Assembly: GCA_964513145.1 (NCBI GenBank)
Contig: CAZELK010000001.1
Location: 128,001-192,000, forward strand
Direction: 5' to 3'
DNA length: 64,000 nt
DNA from: Candidatus Woesearchaeota archaeon
GTDB taxonomy: Archaea; Nanobdellota; Nanobdellia; SCGC-AAA011-G17; JACPIM01
The position numbers and the translations under genes are program-made. Every line of letters starts with the position of its first letter. Within the stretch, counting starts at the first letter, position 1. The notes beneath the pieces were generated by a model. It was not told where the DNA came from and ran no database searches. It was given only the letters and a program-made list of their open reading frames with translations. Positions 1-9,489 of the stretch are shown here, piece after piece.

Positions 1-213
1 CATTTAGTTGCTATAGGTCATTCTTTTGAAGATATGCCGGCAGATATTAAAATACCATTTATTTATTTGGGTGTGAAAAAAAACAAATTAGCCCAAGCAT
101 TACTTGCCGGAGTTGAATTTATAGAAGGTAAAGAACCGACTAAATTTAGAATTACAAAAAAAGGGATAGATTTGGGTAGTAAAAAATTTGAAGATTTCTT
201 TATAGTATATTAG
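1..213 (+). CDS. 3' end of a hypothetical protein (partial, begins before the window)
   Basis: Frame 1 open from base 1 (HLVAIGHSFEDMPADIKIPF...KKFEDFFIVY) to TAG at 211-213. Confidence 0.55.
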   Translation, partial: HLVAIGHSFEDMPADIKIPFIYLGVKKNKLAQALLAGVEFIEGKEPTKFRITKKGIDLGSKKFEDFFIVY

Positions 214-253
214 CCGATAGGTTCTTAAATTAAATTAATAATTTATCTAGATT

Positions 254-745
254 ATGATAAAAGAAGACTTTCAAAAAATAAGATTATCTGAAAAATTTAA
301 AGCAATAATCGGGAGATCAATTTTAGTAAGCTGTTTTTTAAATGATGATTTAAGCAAGAAATTGTGGGAATATAATTTTCTTTCAGAAGACAATAAAACT
401 ACTTATACTTTTATAGTTGATGGCGAGGTTATTTTAAAAGACTCTGGAACTTTGCTAAGCAACAAAAATTCTCATGAAGAACTGCAGTTATTAAATTTAA
501 AGTTAGAAGAAAAAGAAATAATTGCCATAACTCATTATGAACTGATGAGGACTTACAAGGAAGACAGACTCTCGAAATTAATAATCTCAATTGAATCTTC
601 TAATAAAAACATAAACTGGAATATTACAACAGTTTTAAAGAATCTTAAAATTATCAACATAAAAATTAATGACAAAACTTCGCAAATGATTGAATCCAGG
701 GAAGTAATTCCATTTAGCCCTTTAAACCAAAATGCTTATAAATAA
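254..745 (+). CDS. hypothetical protein
   Basis: 163-aa ORF, no recognised motif. Confidence 0.55.
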   Translation: MIKEDFQKIRLSEKFKAIIGRSILVSCFLNDDLSKKLWEYNFLSEDNKTTYTFIVDGEVILKDSGTLLSNKNSHEELQLLNLKLEEKEIIAITHYELMRTYKEDRLSKLIISIESSNKNINWNITTVLKNLKIINIKINDKTSQMIESREVIPFSPLNQNAYK

Positions 746-769
746 AAACCAGCATTTTCTTTATATAAA

Positions 770-1171
770 ATGACGCAATTAGACGAGCCACCTGAGAGTG
801 GTTTTCACCGGTGTACTTCTGATAAAGTAATAGATATTAAATTAGAAGAAAAAATTAACAATATTACTCAGACTTTTAATGGAGAATCTGAAAATAAAAA
901 AATTGGAGTTTCTATATCATTTAATAAAACATTAAAATTGTCGAGACAAGAAAAAGCAGAGATTCTGGAAATTATTAAAGGAAATTTTCCAAAAACTACA
1001 GATTACTTAGGGAGAAATCACATTGATTATTTTCAGTTAGGATCTTGCGGAAGTTTAGTGACTGAAGCAACAATAAAACAGATTAATGATCTGAATAAAA
1101 TAGATGAAATAAAAAAAATAGAATTTGCTTCCAATGACTTAAGCGTTTATCGTGCGACTTTTAAATACTAA
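770..1171 (+). CDS. hypothetical protein
   Basis: 133-aa ORF, no recognised motif. Confidence 0.55.
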   Translation: MTQLDEPPESGFHRCTSDKVIDIKLEEKINNITQTFNGESENKKIGVSISFNKTLKLSRQEKAEILEIIKGNFPKTTDYLGRNHIDYFQLGSCGSLVTEATIKQINDLNKIDEIKKIEFASNDLSVYRATFKY

Positions 1172-1886
1172 ATATTTCCAAGGCTTCTTCTTCTGAGAAA
1201 TGCAATTTTCCGGGAATTATAAAACATTGTGGATAATTTTTAAAATTATATTTTATCAGGTCCTTGATTTTTCCATATTTTATTTCCTTATTTTCAGAAC
1301 CTAAAGAACAACAAGCAATACAGAAAGTTTTTTTATTAAGATTGTTGCTTGCTAAATAAGACAGTCCATCTTTTATGTTCATATATTTATTATCTTTTAT
1401 ATCCAACAAAAATAATGTATGCATACCAAAATTTAAATTATTTTTAAAAACCTCCAAAGGACTTTTTATATTTTTATTGTCAAAAGGTATTGTTGTTGTT
1501 TTGCCGAAATTATACAAACTTAAGCCTGTTTCCCCAACAGCAGTCAAAATTGATGACCCATGTATAATATTAATTTCTATATTTTCTTTTTTAGCTTCTG
1601 TTAATAGCGAGATATGGGTTGTGGCGCTAAAGCAATCACCAGGAATTAAAATACCTATATCAACTTTTTTTGCCTGCCTAATTATCTTTAGACTCTCATT
1701 TTCCAAATCTTCTCTTTTTAATTCTATAATTTTCTTTTCAAAAAACTTCTCCAGTTCTTTTAAATTACTGCCAAAATAATTTGTATATTTTTCGAGGAAT
1801 AATAAATGGCATTTTTTTGCAGTTTCAAAACCTTTTATACTAATGTCTTTTTTATCAAATAAACCCAGAGAAATTATATGCAACAT
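1161..1886 (-). CDS. dph5: diphthine synthase (diphthamide methyltransferase)
   Basis: MLHIISLGL, FLEKYTN, ATTH, GLSLYNFGKTTTIPF, GMHTLFLLDI motifs. Confidence 0.93.
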   Translation of the reverse strand: MLHIISLGLFDKKDISIKGFETAKKCHLLFLEKYTNYFGSNLKELEKFFEKKIIELKREDLENESLKIIRQAKKVDIGILIPGDCFSATTHISLLTEAKKENIEINIIHGSSILTAVGETGLSLYNFGKTTTIPFDNKNIKSPLEVFKNNLNFGMHTLFLLDIKDNKYMNIKDGLSYLASNNLNKKTFCIACCSLGSENKEIKYGKIKDLIKYNFKNYPQCFIIPGKLHFSEEEALEIFSI

Positions 1887-1887
1887 T

Positions 1888-2391
1888 TTATGTTAAAGAG
1901 AATTTATTTCCAATTAAATAATTACTTAAACCACCAGCAGCAAAACCGATTAGTAAGTCAATCATTAAAACTTTTTGAAAAATAAACATGCTAAATGGCA
2001 AGAAGAACATTATGAACAATATTAACATTCTGGAAAAATTTAGCTTTGTTATCCTTAACAGACTTCCGTAAATAATTGAATACATAAATACAAGAAAAGA
2101 AGCAACTAAAAGTATATCTTTCTGCAAGAACAAACTAACACCCAGTTCCAAGCCAAAAAATAGAAATTCTGACAATATATATGCACTTAAGAATCCGAAT
2201 AAAACACCTATGAAGAGCAGCGAATAATTCTTAGCAAAGACTATTATTGCAAACACAAGAATTCCAATTATAATTTTACTTAAAATTAGCAGATAATTTC
2301 TGTTGCCCCTTATTTCTTCTCTTGTAAATTTAGCTATTAATATGCCTACAAATATTCCAAAAAAAGCCAGTATAGGGACTATTATCTCCAT
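1888..2391 (-). CDS. multi-pass membrane protein
   Basis: About five hydrophobic segments; directly upstream of dph5 on the same strand. Confidence 0.7.
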   Translation of the reverse strand: MEIIVPILAFFGIFVGILIAKFTREEIRGNRNYLLILSKIIIGILVFAIIVFAKNYSLLFIGVLFGFLSAYILSEFLFFGLELGVSLFLQKDILLVASFLVFMYSIIYGSLLRITKLNFSRMLILFIMFFLPFSMFIFQKVLMIDLLIGFAAGGLSNYLIGNKFSLT

Positions 2392-2447
2392 GAAAGTTTA
2401 GGTTTTAGTTATCTTTAAATATATTGCTATTTCTAGTTAATCTTAAA

Positions 2448-2813
2448 ATGAACACAATAAAAGAAAGACCTGGCTGGATTAAGGAAAAGAATCTGGCTCC
2501 TGATTTTGAAATCTTTGAAGTTGATAAGTGGGATGATTACAAAGATTTTAGAACTGATGACGGGTGCTATGTTTTAATTAAAATTTACAGAGACAGAAAT
2601 GAAATTGGAGTAGCTGTCTGCAATTATAAACATCAAATTCTTAAGGAATTTCGCGGAAGAAGGGCACAAGACATTTACTTTTGTATATTCAAGTATTCTG
2701 AAGATAATAAACTAAATTGGTTCAAAAGACTTGATCATGCAGCTTATTTAGGAAAAGAGTTAAAGAAAGCTGAAATCTGCCTGGCTTTGGGCTGTGATTA
2801 TTATCAAGAATAA
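2448..2813 (+). CDS. DUF4346-domain protein
   Basis: GCYVLIKI...LDHAAYLGKELKKAE..L...YYQE signature; ATG at 2448 preferred to the upstream TTG. Confidence 0.8.
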   Translation: MNTIKERPGWIKEKNLAPDFEIFEVDKWDDYKDFRTDDGCYVLIKIYRDRNEIGVAVCNYKHQILKEFRGRRAQDIYFCIFKYSEDNKLNWFKRLDHAAYLGKELKKAEICLALGCDYYQE

Positions 2814-2825
2814 AAAAAATAAATT

Positions 2826-3203
2826 TTATTTCATCATTTCATCTAAAGCCCATTTCTTTGAACCGAAGGTCATCATTACTAAAAATGCTGCAAAGTATAA
2901 TAATGCCAGTTCCCCCTTATTTTCCAAAGGGCTTAAACCATTTGGAAAATGAACCATAAAATAAGCTACAAGCATTTCAACTGCAGAAATTAATGCAACA
3001 TACCTTGTCAACAAACCAATTACCAAAAATGCTCCGCCAACTAATTCTATTATTCCTGCAAGACCCATTAAACTGAACAGGGATGTTGTTCCATTAAATA
3101 TTCCAGGCATTTTCTGCACACCATGCAGCAAAAAAAGCAATCCAACAATAACCCTAAACACAAAATAGAAATAATCTCCCTTATCTTCTAAAAAACCCTT
3201 CAT
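2826..3203 (-). CDS. DoxX family membrane protein
   Basis: RVIVGLLFLLHGVQK, ELVGG..LVIGLLTR, GELALLY. Confidence 0.9.
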   Translation of the reverse strand: MKGFLEDKGDYFYFVFRVIVGLLFLLHGVQKMPGIFNGTTSLFSLMGLAGIIELVGGAFLVIGLLTRYVALISAVEMLVAYFMVHFPNGLSPLENKGELALLYFAAFLVMMTFGSKKWALDEMMK

Positions 3204-3339
3204 AATATTTTCCCCCTTATTTGATAAATAATAATCAATCTTAACTTATTTAAATATTGCGAAAATTTAGGCTCTATATAAAATTATCTTTGCTTTGGTT
3301 TTAATGCCAGCAAAATTTTAATTTCAATGCGATATTATG

Positions 3340-4584
3340 TTACTTCTTCAATGTTTTTAAAATAAATACCTTATCATTCTTTCTTACTTTTTCTTTAATT
3401 GGGATTGTAATCAAGCTCCCCTTTTCAGCAAAAGAACTATTTTTGTCATTGACCCTAATGTTATCAACTTTAGTTTTTACAATACCTGTAGTTGGACCAG
3501 TAATTAAAATTTCATCATTAACTTTTAAAGAATCAGCCTGCAGTATTATTTCAGTAATTTCTGGTTTCAGGAAATAATTTTTTACAATACCTATGAATGA
3601 TTTTTCTTTAGTGGCTTTATTCCCCCTTGAATTACTCCATTCTCCTAATTTATTTCCCAAATAATAACCCCCATGCCAAAATCCCCTATTAAACACTGAC
3701 TCAAGTTCTTTAGCCCATTTTTCTATATTTTCTTTTGTGTATCTTTTATTGTAAATGCTTTCAACAGCTTCTTTGTAAACTTTTGTTGTGGTAAAAACAT
3801 ATTCTGGACCCCTGCCGCGACCCTCTATTTTTAAAATACTAATTCCAGATTTAATTATTTTATTTAGAAAACTTATTGTACAAAGATCTTTGGGAGACAT
3901 TACATATTTATTATTCAAATTAAGTTCATAACCAGTTTCTTCATCAATAACCCTGTAACTTCTTCTGCAATTTTGGAAACAAGCACCTCTATTTGCGGAA
4001 GAATTATATTCTGTTAAACTCATATAACATTTTCCTGCTATAGCCACGCATAATGCACCATGAGCAAATATTTCTATTTTTACTAATTCTTTATCTGGAC
4101 CACAAATATTTTGTTTTTTAATTTCTTCACAAATACTTTTAATTTGTTTTATTGTTAATTCTCTAGCCAAGACAATTGTATCTGCATATTTAGAATAAAA
4201 TTTTACAGCTTCGATGTTTGACACATTTAGCTGGGTAGAACAATGAACTCTCAACCCAATTGAATTTGCATAATTTATTACTGAAATATCACTCGCTATA
4301 ACAGCATCAATATTTTCTTCTTTTGCGCGATTGCATATTTTTTTCATTAAATTTAAGTCTTCATCATACATTATGATGTTTAAAGTTAAATAACACTTCA
4401 CTTTGTTTTCTTTGCATATTGAAACTATTTTTTTCAAGTCTTTTAACATAAAATTGTTTGCAGACCTAGCCCTCATATTTAATTTTTCAATTCCAAAATA
4501 AACAGAATCAGCTTTAGCTTTGATTGCAGCAATTAGGGATTCAAAAGAGCCTACAGGAGCCATAACTTCAATTTTATTTTGCAT
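3340..4584 (-). CDS. peptidase U32 family protein (probable TrhP/RlhA-type RNA hydroxylase)
   Basis: EVMAPVGS, STQLNVSN, VLAREL, HGALCVAIAGKC...NRGACFQNCR four-Cys motif, LKIEGR. Confidence 0.88.
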   Translation of the reverse strand: MQNKIEVMAPVGSFESLIAAIKAKADSVYFGIEKLNMRARSANNFMLKDLKKIVSICKENKVKCYLTLNIIMYDEDLNLMKKICNRAKEENIDAVIASDISVINYANSIGLRVHCSTQLNVSNIEAVKFYSKYADTIVLARELTIKQIKSICEEIKKQNICGPDKELVKIEIFAHGALCVAIAGKCYMSLTEYNSSANRGACFQNCRRSYRVIDEETGYELNLNNKYVMSPKDLCTISFLNKIIKSGISILKIEGRGRGPEYVFTTTKVYKEAVESIYNKRYTKENIEKWAKELESVFNRGFWHGGYYLGNKLGEWSNSRGNKATKEKSFIGIVKNYFLKPEITEIILQADSLKVNDEILITGPTTGIVKTKVDNIRVNDKNSSFAEKGSLITIPIKEKVRKNDKVFILKTLKK

Positions 4585-4663
4585 ATATTTTTACTTTAAA
4601 TGATTAATTTAAAATTTTTGTTTATTTAAATTATACACCAAATATTTTTTTATATGAAAAATA

Positions 4664-4826
4664 CGCCGGGGCTGGGACTTTCATTCATCATAAAGCAACG
4701 TGAGCTACTTCATGAAAGCGCTTTTGAACCCAGATATCCTTTCGGAAACAGGATCTTTACAACCTTTAGCAATCCAACACGCAATTTAAAATTTCTCTGC
4801 GCATTACCAGGTTGTGCCACCCCAGC
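4664..4826 (-). tRNA. tRNA-Ser(GCU) with three introns (about 29/30, 22 nt; 37/38, 12 nt; 59/60, 45 nt)
   Basis: Removing three inserts gives an 84-nt cloverleaf: GCTGGGG/CCCCGGC acceptor, CAGGA-TTGCTAA-TCCTG anticodon arm, long variable arm, CTGGG-TTCAAAT-CCCAG T arm. Confidence 0.85.
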
Positions 4827-4902
4827 GTAAATTTTAATCTAATTATTTAACTTTTAAAAGTTTCTTTTCTTTTTTACAGCAAGTTTTATATACAAAAAAA
4901 TA

Positions 4903-5412
4903 ATGTTTCTAGTTATGGCTCAGAGAGATGTAGTAGCCTCAGGAATAAAAATAAAACAAAGAAGTGTTTTTAATCTTGATGAATTGTACAAGATAATGTG
5001 GAGATGGTTTGAGCTCTATGGGTATAGCATGCAGGAGCTTGAGTACAGAGATTCTTTAGAGGGGGGTTCTAAACACTTAGAAATAAAATGGATATCGAGA
5101 AAACAAATAGATGAATATATAGAATTTCATATTGTGACTAATTTTTTAATATTGGGTTTAGAGAAAGCTGAAATTGAACAAGATGGAGTAAAGTCGAAAC
5201 TTGATAAAGGAGAAGTAGAAATGAATTTTACAGCCTTTATAAACAAAGACCCTGAAGACAAATGGGATAATGGCTGGAACAGAGTTATAAGGGGTTTTTA
5301 TGATAAATATGTAATAAGAAGCAGAATTGAAAGTCTTGAAGGTGAATTATATGAAGAACTTTACAAACTTTTGGATGAAATTAAGGCTTTTTTAAATCTT
5401 CATAGATTTTAA
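4903..5412 (+). CDS. conserved hypothetical protein
   Basis: 169-aa ORF with an upstream TATA-like TTTTATATA; no function assigned. Confidence 0.65.
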   Translation: MFLVMAQRDVVASGIKIKQRSVFNLDELYKIMWRWFELYGYSMQELEYRDSLEGGSKHLEIKWISRKQIDEYIEFHIVTNFLILGLEKAEIEQDGVKSKLDKGEVEMNFTAFINKDPEDKWDNGWNRVIRGFYDKYVIRSRIESLEGELYEELYKLLDEIKAFLNLHRF

Positions 5413-5453
5413 AAATCATAAGGTTTTTATATTCTACATACTACATAAATTTA

Positions 5454-5630
5454 GCCCGCCATGAGAATACTCAATGGAGCTAACGATATTATATCAAGCG
5501 ATGAGCTTGGGAGTTAGTGTTGCGGGCAATATTATTAAAATTATCAAGGTAATAACGGAACAAGATTCCAATAATAATCATTACTCGCTAATAAAAAAGT
5601 AAGTAAATTGGGCTTAGATAGCTCTTGTTC
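5454..5630 (+). ncRNA. candidate structured RNA or 5' leader upstream of dnaG
   Basis: Nested complementary segments GCCCGC/GCGGGC, CATGAG/CTC(A)ATG, CTAAC/GTTAG, AAGC/GCTT, GAACAAGA/TCTTGTTC in a GC-enriched intergenic stretch; strand uncertain. Confidence 0.35.
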
Positions 5631-5655
5631 TAAAATAGGTACCTAGGAGTTAAAA

Positions 5656-6945
5656 ATGGGAAAAATAAGCCCAGTATCATCAAAATATATAGTTCATACT
5701 CAAATACAGATTGAGGGTGTTGTTGATAGACCTGATGTTATTGGTGCAGTTTTTGGCCAGACAGAAGGTTTATTAGGGTCTGAACTTGAATTAAGAGAAC
5801 TTCAAAGATCTGGAAGAATAGGAAGAATCGAAGTTAAATTAGACACTAAAGGTGGAAAAGCAGAGGGATCCATAATAATACCTTCCAGCTTAGATAAAGC
5901 TGAAACAGTAATTATTGCTGCTGCTTTGGAAACTATTCAAAGGATAGGTCCTTGCAATGCGAAGGTAAAGATAGAAAAAATTGAAGATGTAAGAATTTCT
6001 AAAAGAAATTTTGTTGTTGAGAGGGCAAAAGAATTGTTAAAACAATTAACAGAAGATATTTTGCCTGATTCGCAGGAGATTACAGATGAGGTAGCTAGTT
6101 CTGTGAGGATGATGGAGATTACAGAGTATGGAAAAGACAGGCTGCCTGCAGGTCCAAATATTGAAGAGGCTGAAGAAGTTATTTTAGTTGAAGGAAGAGC
6201 TGATGTTCTTAACTTACTAAAATATGGAATCAAAAATGTTGTTGGAATGAATGGAACTGCTGTTCCACCAAGCATAGTTGAATTAAGCAAGAAAAAAACT
6301 TTGACTTTATTTGTTGATGGAGATAGGGGCGGGGATTTAATTATAAAAGCAGTCTCTGAAATTGCTGAAATAGATTATGTAATAAAGGCTCCTGATGGAA
6401 AAGAAGTAGAAGAAATAACAAAGAAAGAAATACACAAGGCTTTAAGAAGCAAGGTTGCAATAGAACAAATTAAAATGGATTTATCCAGAGTAACTGATTC
6501 TTTAAGAAAGCCGATTATAAGAAGAGACCAGCAATATAACAGAGAACCTTATAATAGGGAACAACAGTATAGCAGAGAACAACCTTACAGCAAAGAAAGC
6601 AGCAGAGAACAGTACAGTAGGATACCTCCAAAATCAGTTGTTGCAAAAGAAGGCTTAAAAAAAATGCTTGATGATCTTGTAGGGACAAGAGGCGCTTATA
6701 TTTTGGATAATAACTCCAATATATTGGGCAAAGTACCTACATCAGAATTAACTACAACAATCAAAGACCTTAACAGCGGAAACATATATGCAATTGTTTT
6801 TGATGGTTCAATTACTAAGGATATAGTTTCCATAGCAGAAAAGTCAAATGTCAAGGTTTTGGTTGCGATGGATTCAAGAATAAAATCCTCTGAAACACCT
6901 ATTGACATATTAACAAGCACTGATTTACAAACAGTGCAGACTTAA
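5656..6945 (+). CDS. dnaG: archaeal DnaG-type primase / exosome RNA-binding subunit
   Basis: GVVDRPDVIGAVFGQTEGLLG, LRELQRSGRIGRI, TOPRIM VEGRADV and DGDRGG. Confidence 0.96.
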   Translation: MGKISPVSSKYIVHTQIQIEGVVDRPDVIGAVFGQTEGLLGSELELRELQRSGRIGRIEVKLDTKGGKAEGSIIIPSSLDKAETVIIAAALETIQRIGPCNAKVKIEKIEDVRISKRNFVVERAKELLKQLTEDILPDSQEITDEVASSVRMMEITEYGKDRLPAGPNIEEAEEVILVEGRADVLNLLKYGIKNVVGMNGTAVPPSIVELSKKKTLTLFVDGDRGGDLIIKAVSEIAEIDYVIKAPDGKEVEEITKKEIHKALRSKVAIEQIKMDLSRVTDSLRKPIIRRDQQYNREPYNREQQYSREQPYSKESSREQYSRIPPKSVVAKEGLKKMLDDLVGTRGAYILDNNSNILGKVPTSELTTTIKDLNSGNIYAIVFDGSITKDIVSIAEKSNVKVLVAMDSRIKSSETPIDILTSTDLQTVQT

Positions 6946-7028
6946 TTTTTTAATTCTTTTTATTTTTAGTATTTTTTCTAAACAAGCTTATAGAAACATT
7001 TTTATTCTTTTTAATTTCTTATTTATCA

Positions 7029-7508
7029 ATGCAAAGAAATAAAGTTCTTATAATAATCTTGGCTATCATGATATTTATAGGTTTTAATTTTTATTATTTT
7101 GGTTTAATTAAAAAAACCTGTGATTCTTCTGAATGTTTTTTAGAATATGTTAAAGATTGTTCTCCTGTAAAATATGGAAATTTAATCAACAATAACAAAT
7201 ACAAATATGAAATTTCAAGATCATTTGGGTCTAAATGCAAATTATGGGTTTATCTTGAAAGGGCTTCTGAAGGCACTGATTTTGAGACAAAAGAAAAGTT
7301 AGTTGGAAAATCAATGAGATGCTTAATACCAAAAGATGAATTGGCTTTTGTTAAAGTAACTGAAGTCAATAATTTGTTGCAATACTGCACAGGGTCTTTA
7401 AAAGAAGGAATTTATGAAATAATTATAAAAAACATGTATAATTTAATTTTAAGCAATCTAGGAGAAGTTTTAAGCGACGTACAAACTTCTTTAATTAAAC
7501 AATTATAA
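7029..7508 (+). CDS. hypothetical exported/membrane-anchored protein with Cys residues
   Basis: N-terminal TM segment followed by C-x4-C...C motifs. Confidence 0.6.
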   Translation: MQRNKVLIIILAIMIFIGFNFYYFGLIKKTCDSSECFLEYVKDCSPVKYGNLINNNKYKYEISRSFGSKCKLWVYLERASEGTDFETKEKLVGKSMRCLIPKDELAFVKVTEVNNLLQYCTGSLKEGIYEIIIKNMYNLILSNLGEVLSDVQTSLIKQL

Positions 7509-7509
7509 A

Positions 7510-7932
7510 TTAATCTATATTTATTCTGCTTCCAATTTTAGTTTTCATTTTCGGTATTGTTATTTTTAGGCTGTTATTTTTAAATTCTGCCTTTATATTG
7601 TCAATATCAACATGACCAGGTATGCCAATATTTGCCTTATAACCCCTATATGTTGATTCTTCAGAATCTTTTTTTATTAATTTCTTCTTTTTTTCAGCAG
7701 TAATATCAAGACTGTTGTGATTGATTTTTACATTTATATCTTCTTTATCAAGACCATGCAGCTCAACATTAATTGTTACAAGATTGCTGTTTTGAGAAAT
7801 ATTTATTGATGGTCTTTTATAATTTCCAAAAACACTTTCATTAAATTTTTCAAAAACATTATTGATTTCTTTTTGCACAGAACCAATATTATCCTGTATT
7901 TTATTAAAATTAATCAAATCCTTAACACCCAT
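7510..7932 (-). CDS. small heat-shock protein (Hsp20/alpha-crystallin)
   Basis: VELHGLDKEDINV, VDIDNIKAEFKNNSLKITIPK. Confidence 0.88.
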   Translation of the reverse strand: MGVKDLINFNKIQDNIGSVQKEINNVFEKFNESVFGNYKRPSINISQNSNLVTINVELHGLDKEDINVKINHNSLDITAEKKKKLIKKDSEESTYRGYKANIGIPGHVDIDNIKAEFKNNSLKITIPKMKTKIGSRINID

Positions 7933-7954
7933 TTAATATCACCTCTTCTTTGAA

Positions 7955-8512
7955 TTAACTAACGTGCTCGTCATGAACACTTTTATAACTATGAAGTTCA
8001 TTTTCTTTAAACCATAATTTAATTTCGTCTTTTGCCTCTTCCTTTGTTCCTGAAGCATGAATCAAGTTTCTACCACCAAATTTTCTTATTGTCGCATAAC
8101 CCATACTAATAGATGAAAAATCTCCCCTGATTGTCCCTGGCTGGGCTTTATTGGGAGAAGTGCTTCCTGTAATTTTTCTAACAACTTCAATAGCATGAAC
8201 ACCTTCTAGAACAATTGCAACAATCGGGCCTTCTGTAAAAAAGTCAAGCAAATTTTCCCAGGCTTTTTTGCCTAAAACTTCTTTGGATTCTGTTGTTTTT
8301 ACACCCATTTCAGTGTAATCTTTTATTGTATGTTCTCCTAATCTCGGGATTAATTCTTCTGGATAATGTTTTTTGGCAAATTCTTTATTAACCCAGACCA
8401 TTTTTAAACCAACAATTTTTAAACCAGTTTTTTCAAACCTAGAAATAATCTCGCCACTTAAACTTCTTTTTACACCATCCGGCTTAATTAAAACTAATGT
8501 TCTTTCTATCAT
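7955..8512 (-). CDS. ndk: nucleoside diphosphate kinase
   Basis: ERTLVLIKPDGV, PGTIRGDF, catalytic NLIHASG. Confidence 0.96.
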   Translation of the reverse strand: MIERTLVLIKPDGVKRSLSGEIISRFEKTGLKIVGLKMVWVNKEFAKKHYPEELIPRLGEHTIKDYTEMGVKTTESKEVLGKKAWENLLDFFTEGPIVAIVLEGVHAIEVVRKITGSTSPNKAQPGTIRGDFSSISMGYATIRKFGGRNLIHASGTKEEAKDEIKLWFKENELHSYKSVHDEHVS

Positions 8513-8679
8513 TCTTTTTTATAATATTTGCTCCATTTAATGTGCAATGGACTTCTTTTAAGCTTGAACATATTTTTATCACATTTATTTGAGCACAGGA
8601 AAATCTGCTTACCTGACTTTTGCACAAATATTTTTCCAGTTCCTAAAGGAATTACATTACCACAAAAATTACATTTCAT
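8509..8679 (-). CDS. rpl24e: 50S ribosomal protein L24e (not in the ORF track)
   Basis: Manual translation MKCNFCGNVIPLGTGKIFVQKSGKQIFLCSNKCDKNMFKLKRSPLHIKWSKYYKKE; lies between rps28e and ndk. Confidence 0.93.
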   Translation of the reverse strand: MKCNFCGNVIPLGTGKIFVQKSGKQIFLCSNKCDKNMFKLKRSPLHIKWSKYYKKE

Positions 8680-8680
8680 A

Positions 8681-9013
8681 TTATCCTTTTCTTCCCTGAC
8701 TTAATTTTCTTGCTTCGATTTCAGTTTCCCTTAACATTAATGTGTCTTTTTCCCTAATTGGACCTTTGACATTTCTTCTCATAATCTTGCCTTTATCATA
8801 ACCATCTAAAATTCTACATCTAACCTGGGTAACTTCGCCTTTTGTACCTGTTCTTCCCAAGATTTCTTCTACTACTGCCGGAATTGCAGTTGTGAAAAGA
8901 CTTTTTTCTCCAGTACTAGAAGTTTCTTTTGGCATCTCAGCAAAAATAATGCCTTTTCTTTCTTTTCTCTTACTTTTTCTATCTTCTTTTCTTTTTTTTG
9001 CGTCGTCAGCCAT
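8681..9013 (-). CDS. rps28e: 30S ribosomal protein S28e with N-terminal extension
   Basis: [19 protein letters not shown]...[24 protein letters not shown]. Confidence 0.93.
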   Translation of the reverse strand: MADDAKKRKEDRKSKRKERKGIIFAEMPKETSSTGEKSLFTTAIPAVVEEILGRTGTKGEVTQVRCRILDGYDKGKIMRRNVKGPIREKDTLMLRETEIEARKLSQGRKG

Positions 9014-9014
9014 T

Positions 9015-9362
9015 TTACTTCTTCTTTTCTATTTCCTTAATTAATTCTTTAGAATCGCCTTCTTTTACAATAGCGACTGCAGTTGTTCCCAATTCAATAC
9101 CTGCTGCAGCACCCAAGTCTGTTTTACTTGGAACTATTACTAAAGGAACTTTTTTTTCCTCGCAAAGAATCGGCATATGCATTAAAATTTCTTTAGGGTT
9201 AACATCTTTAGCTATTACAACTAATTTTGCCAGCCCCCTATCAACTATTTTTGTAACTTCATTTACCCCTTTTTTTATTTTTCCTGTATTTTTAGCTATT
9301 TCAATAGCTTCGTATGCCTTACTTACAATTTCTTTTGGAAAATCATCATCTAAACTTACCAT
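9015..9362 (-). CDS. rpl7ae: 50S ribosomal protein L7Ae
   Basis: [29 protein letters not shown]. Confidence 0.96.
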   Translation of the reverse strand: MVSLDDDFPKEIVSKAYEAIEIAKNTGKIKKGVNEVTKIVDRGLAKLVVIAKDVNPKEILMHMPILCEEKKVPLVIVPSKTDLGAAAGIELGTTAVAIVKEGDSKELIKEIEKKK

Positions 9363-9489
9363 GTTTTGCTTCCTCCTTCATCACGATATTATTCGTTTTA
9401 GAGATAACTTATTTTCATAAAATTCCTTTTAAATAGGTTTCGTTTTTGCATTATGGTTTTTAGACTGTTTATAGCTTACTTTTGAAATA

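Noticed and set aside
5454-5630. RNase P RNA or SRP RNA as the identity of the structured region upstream of dnaG
   Set aside because: The conserved GAGGAAAGUCC/CR-V and SRP helix-8 motifs were not found on either strand
7955-8512. Long NDK with an internal insertion
   Set aside because: Catalytic motifs are normal and longer NDK variants are known; not treated as novel
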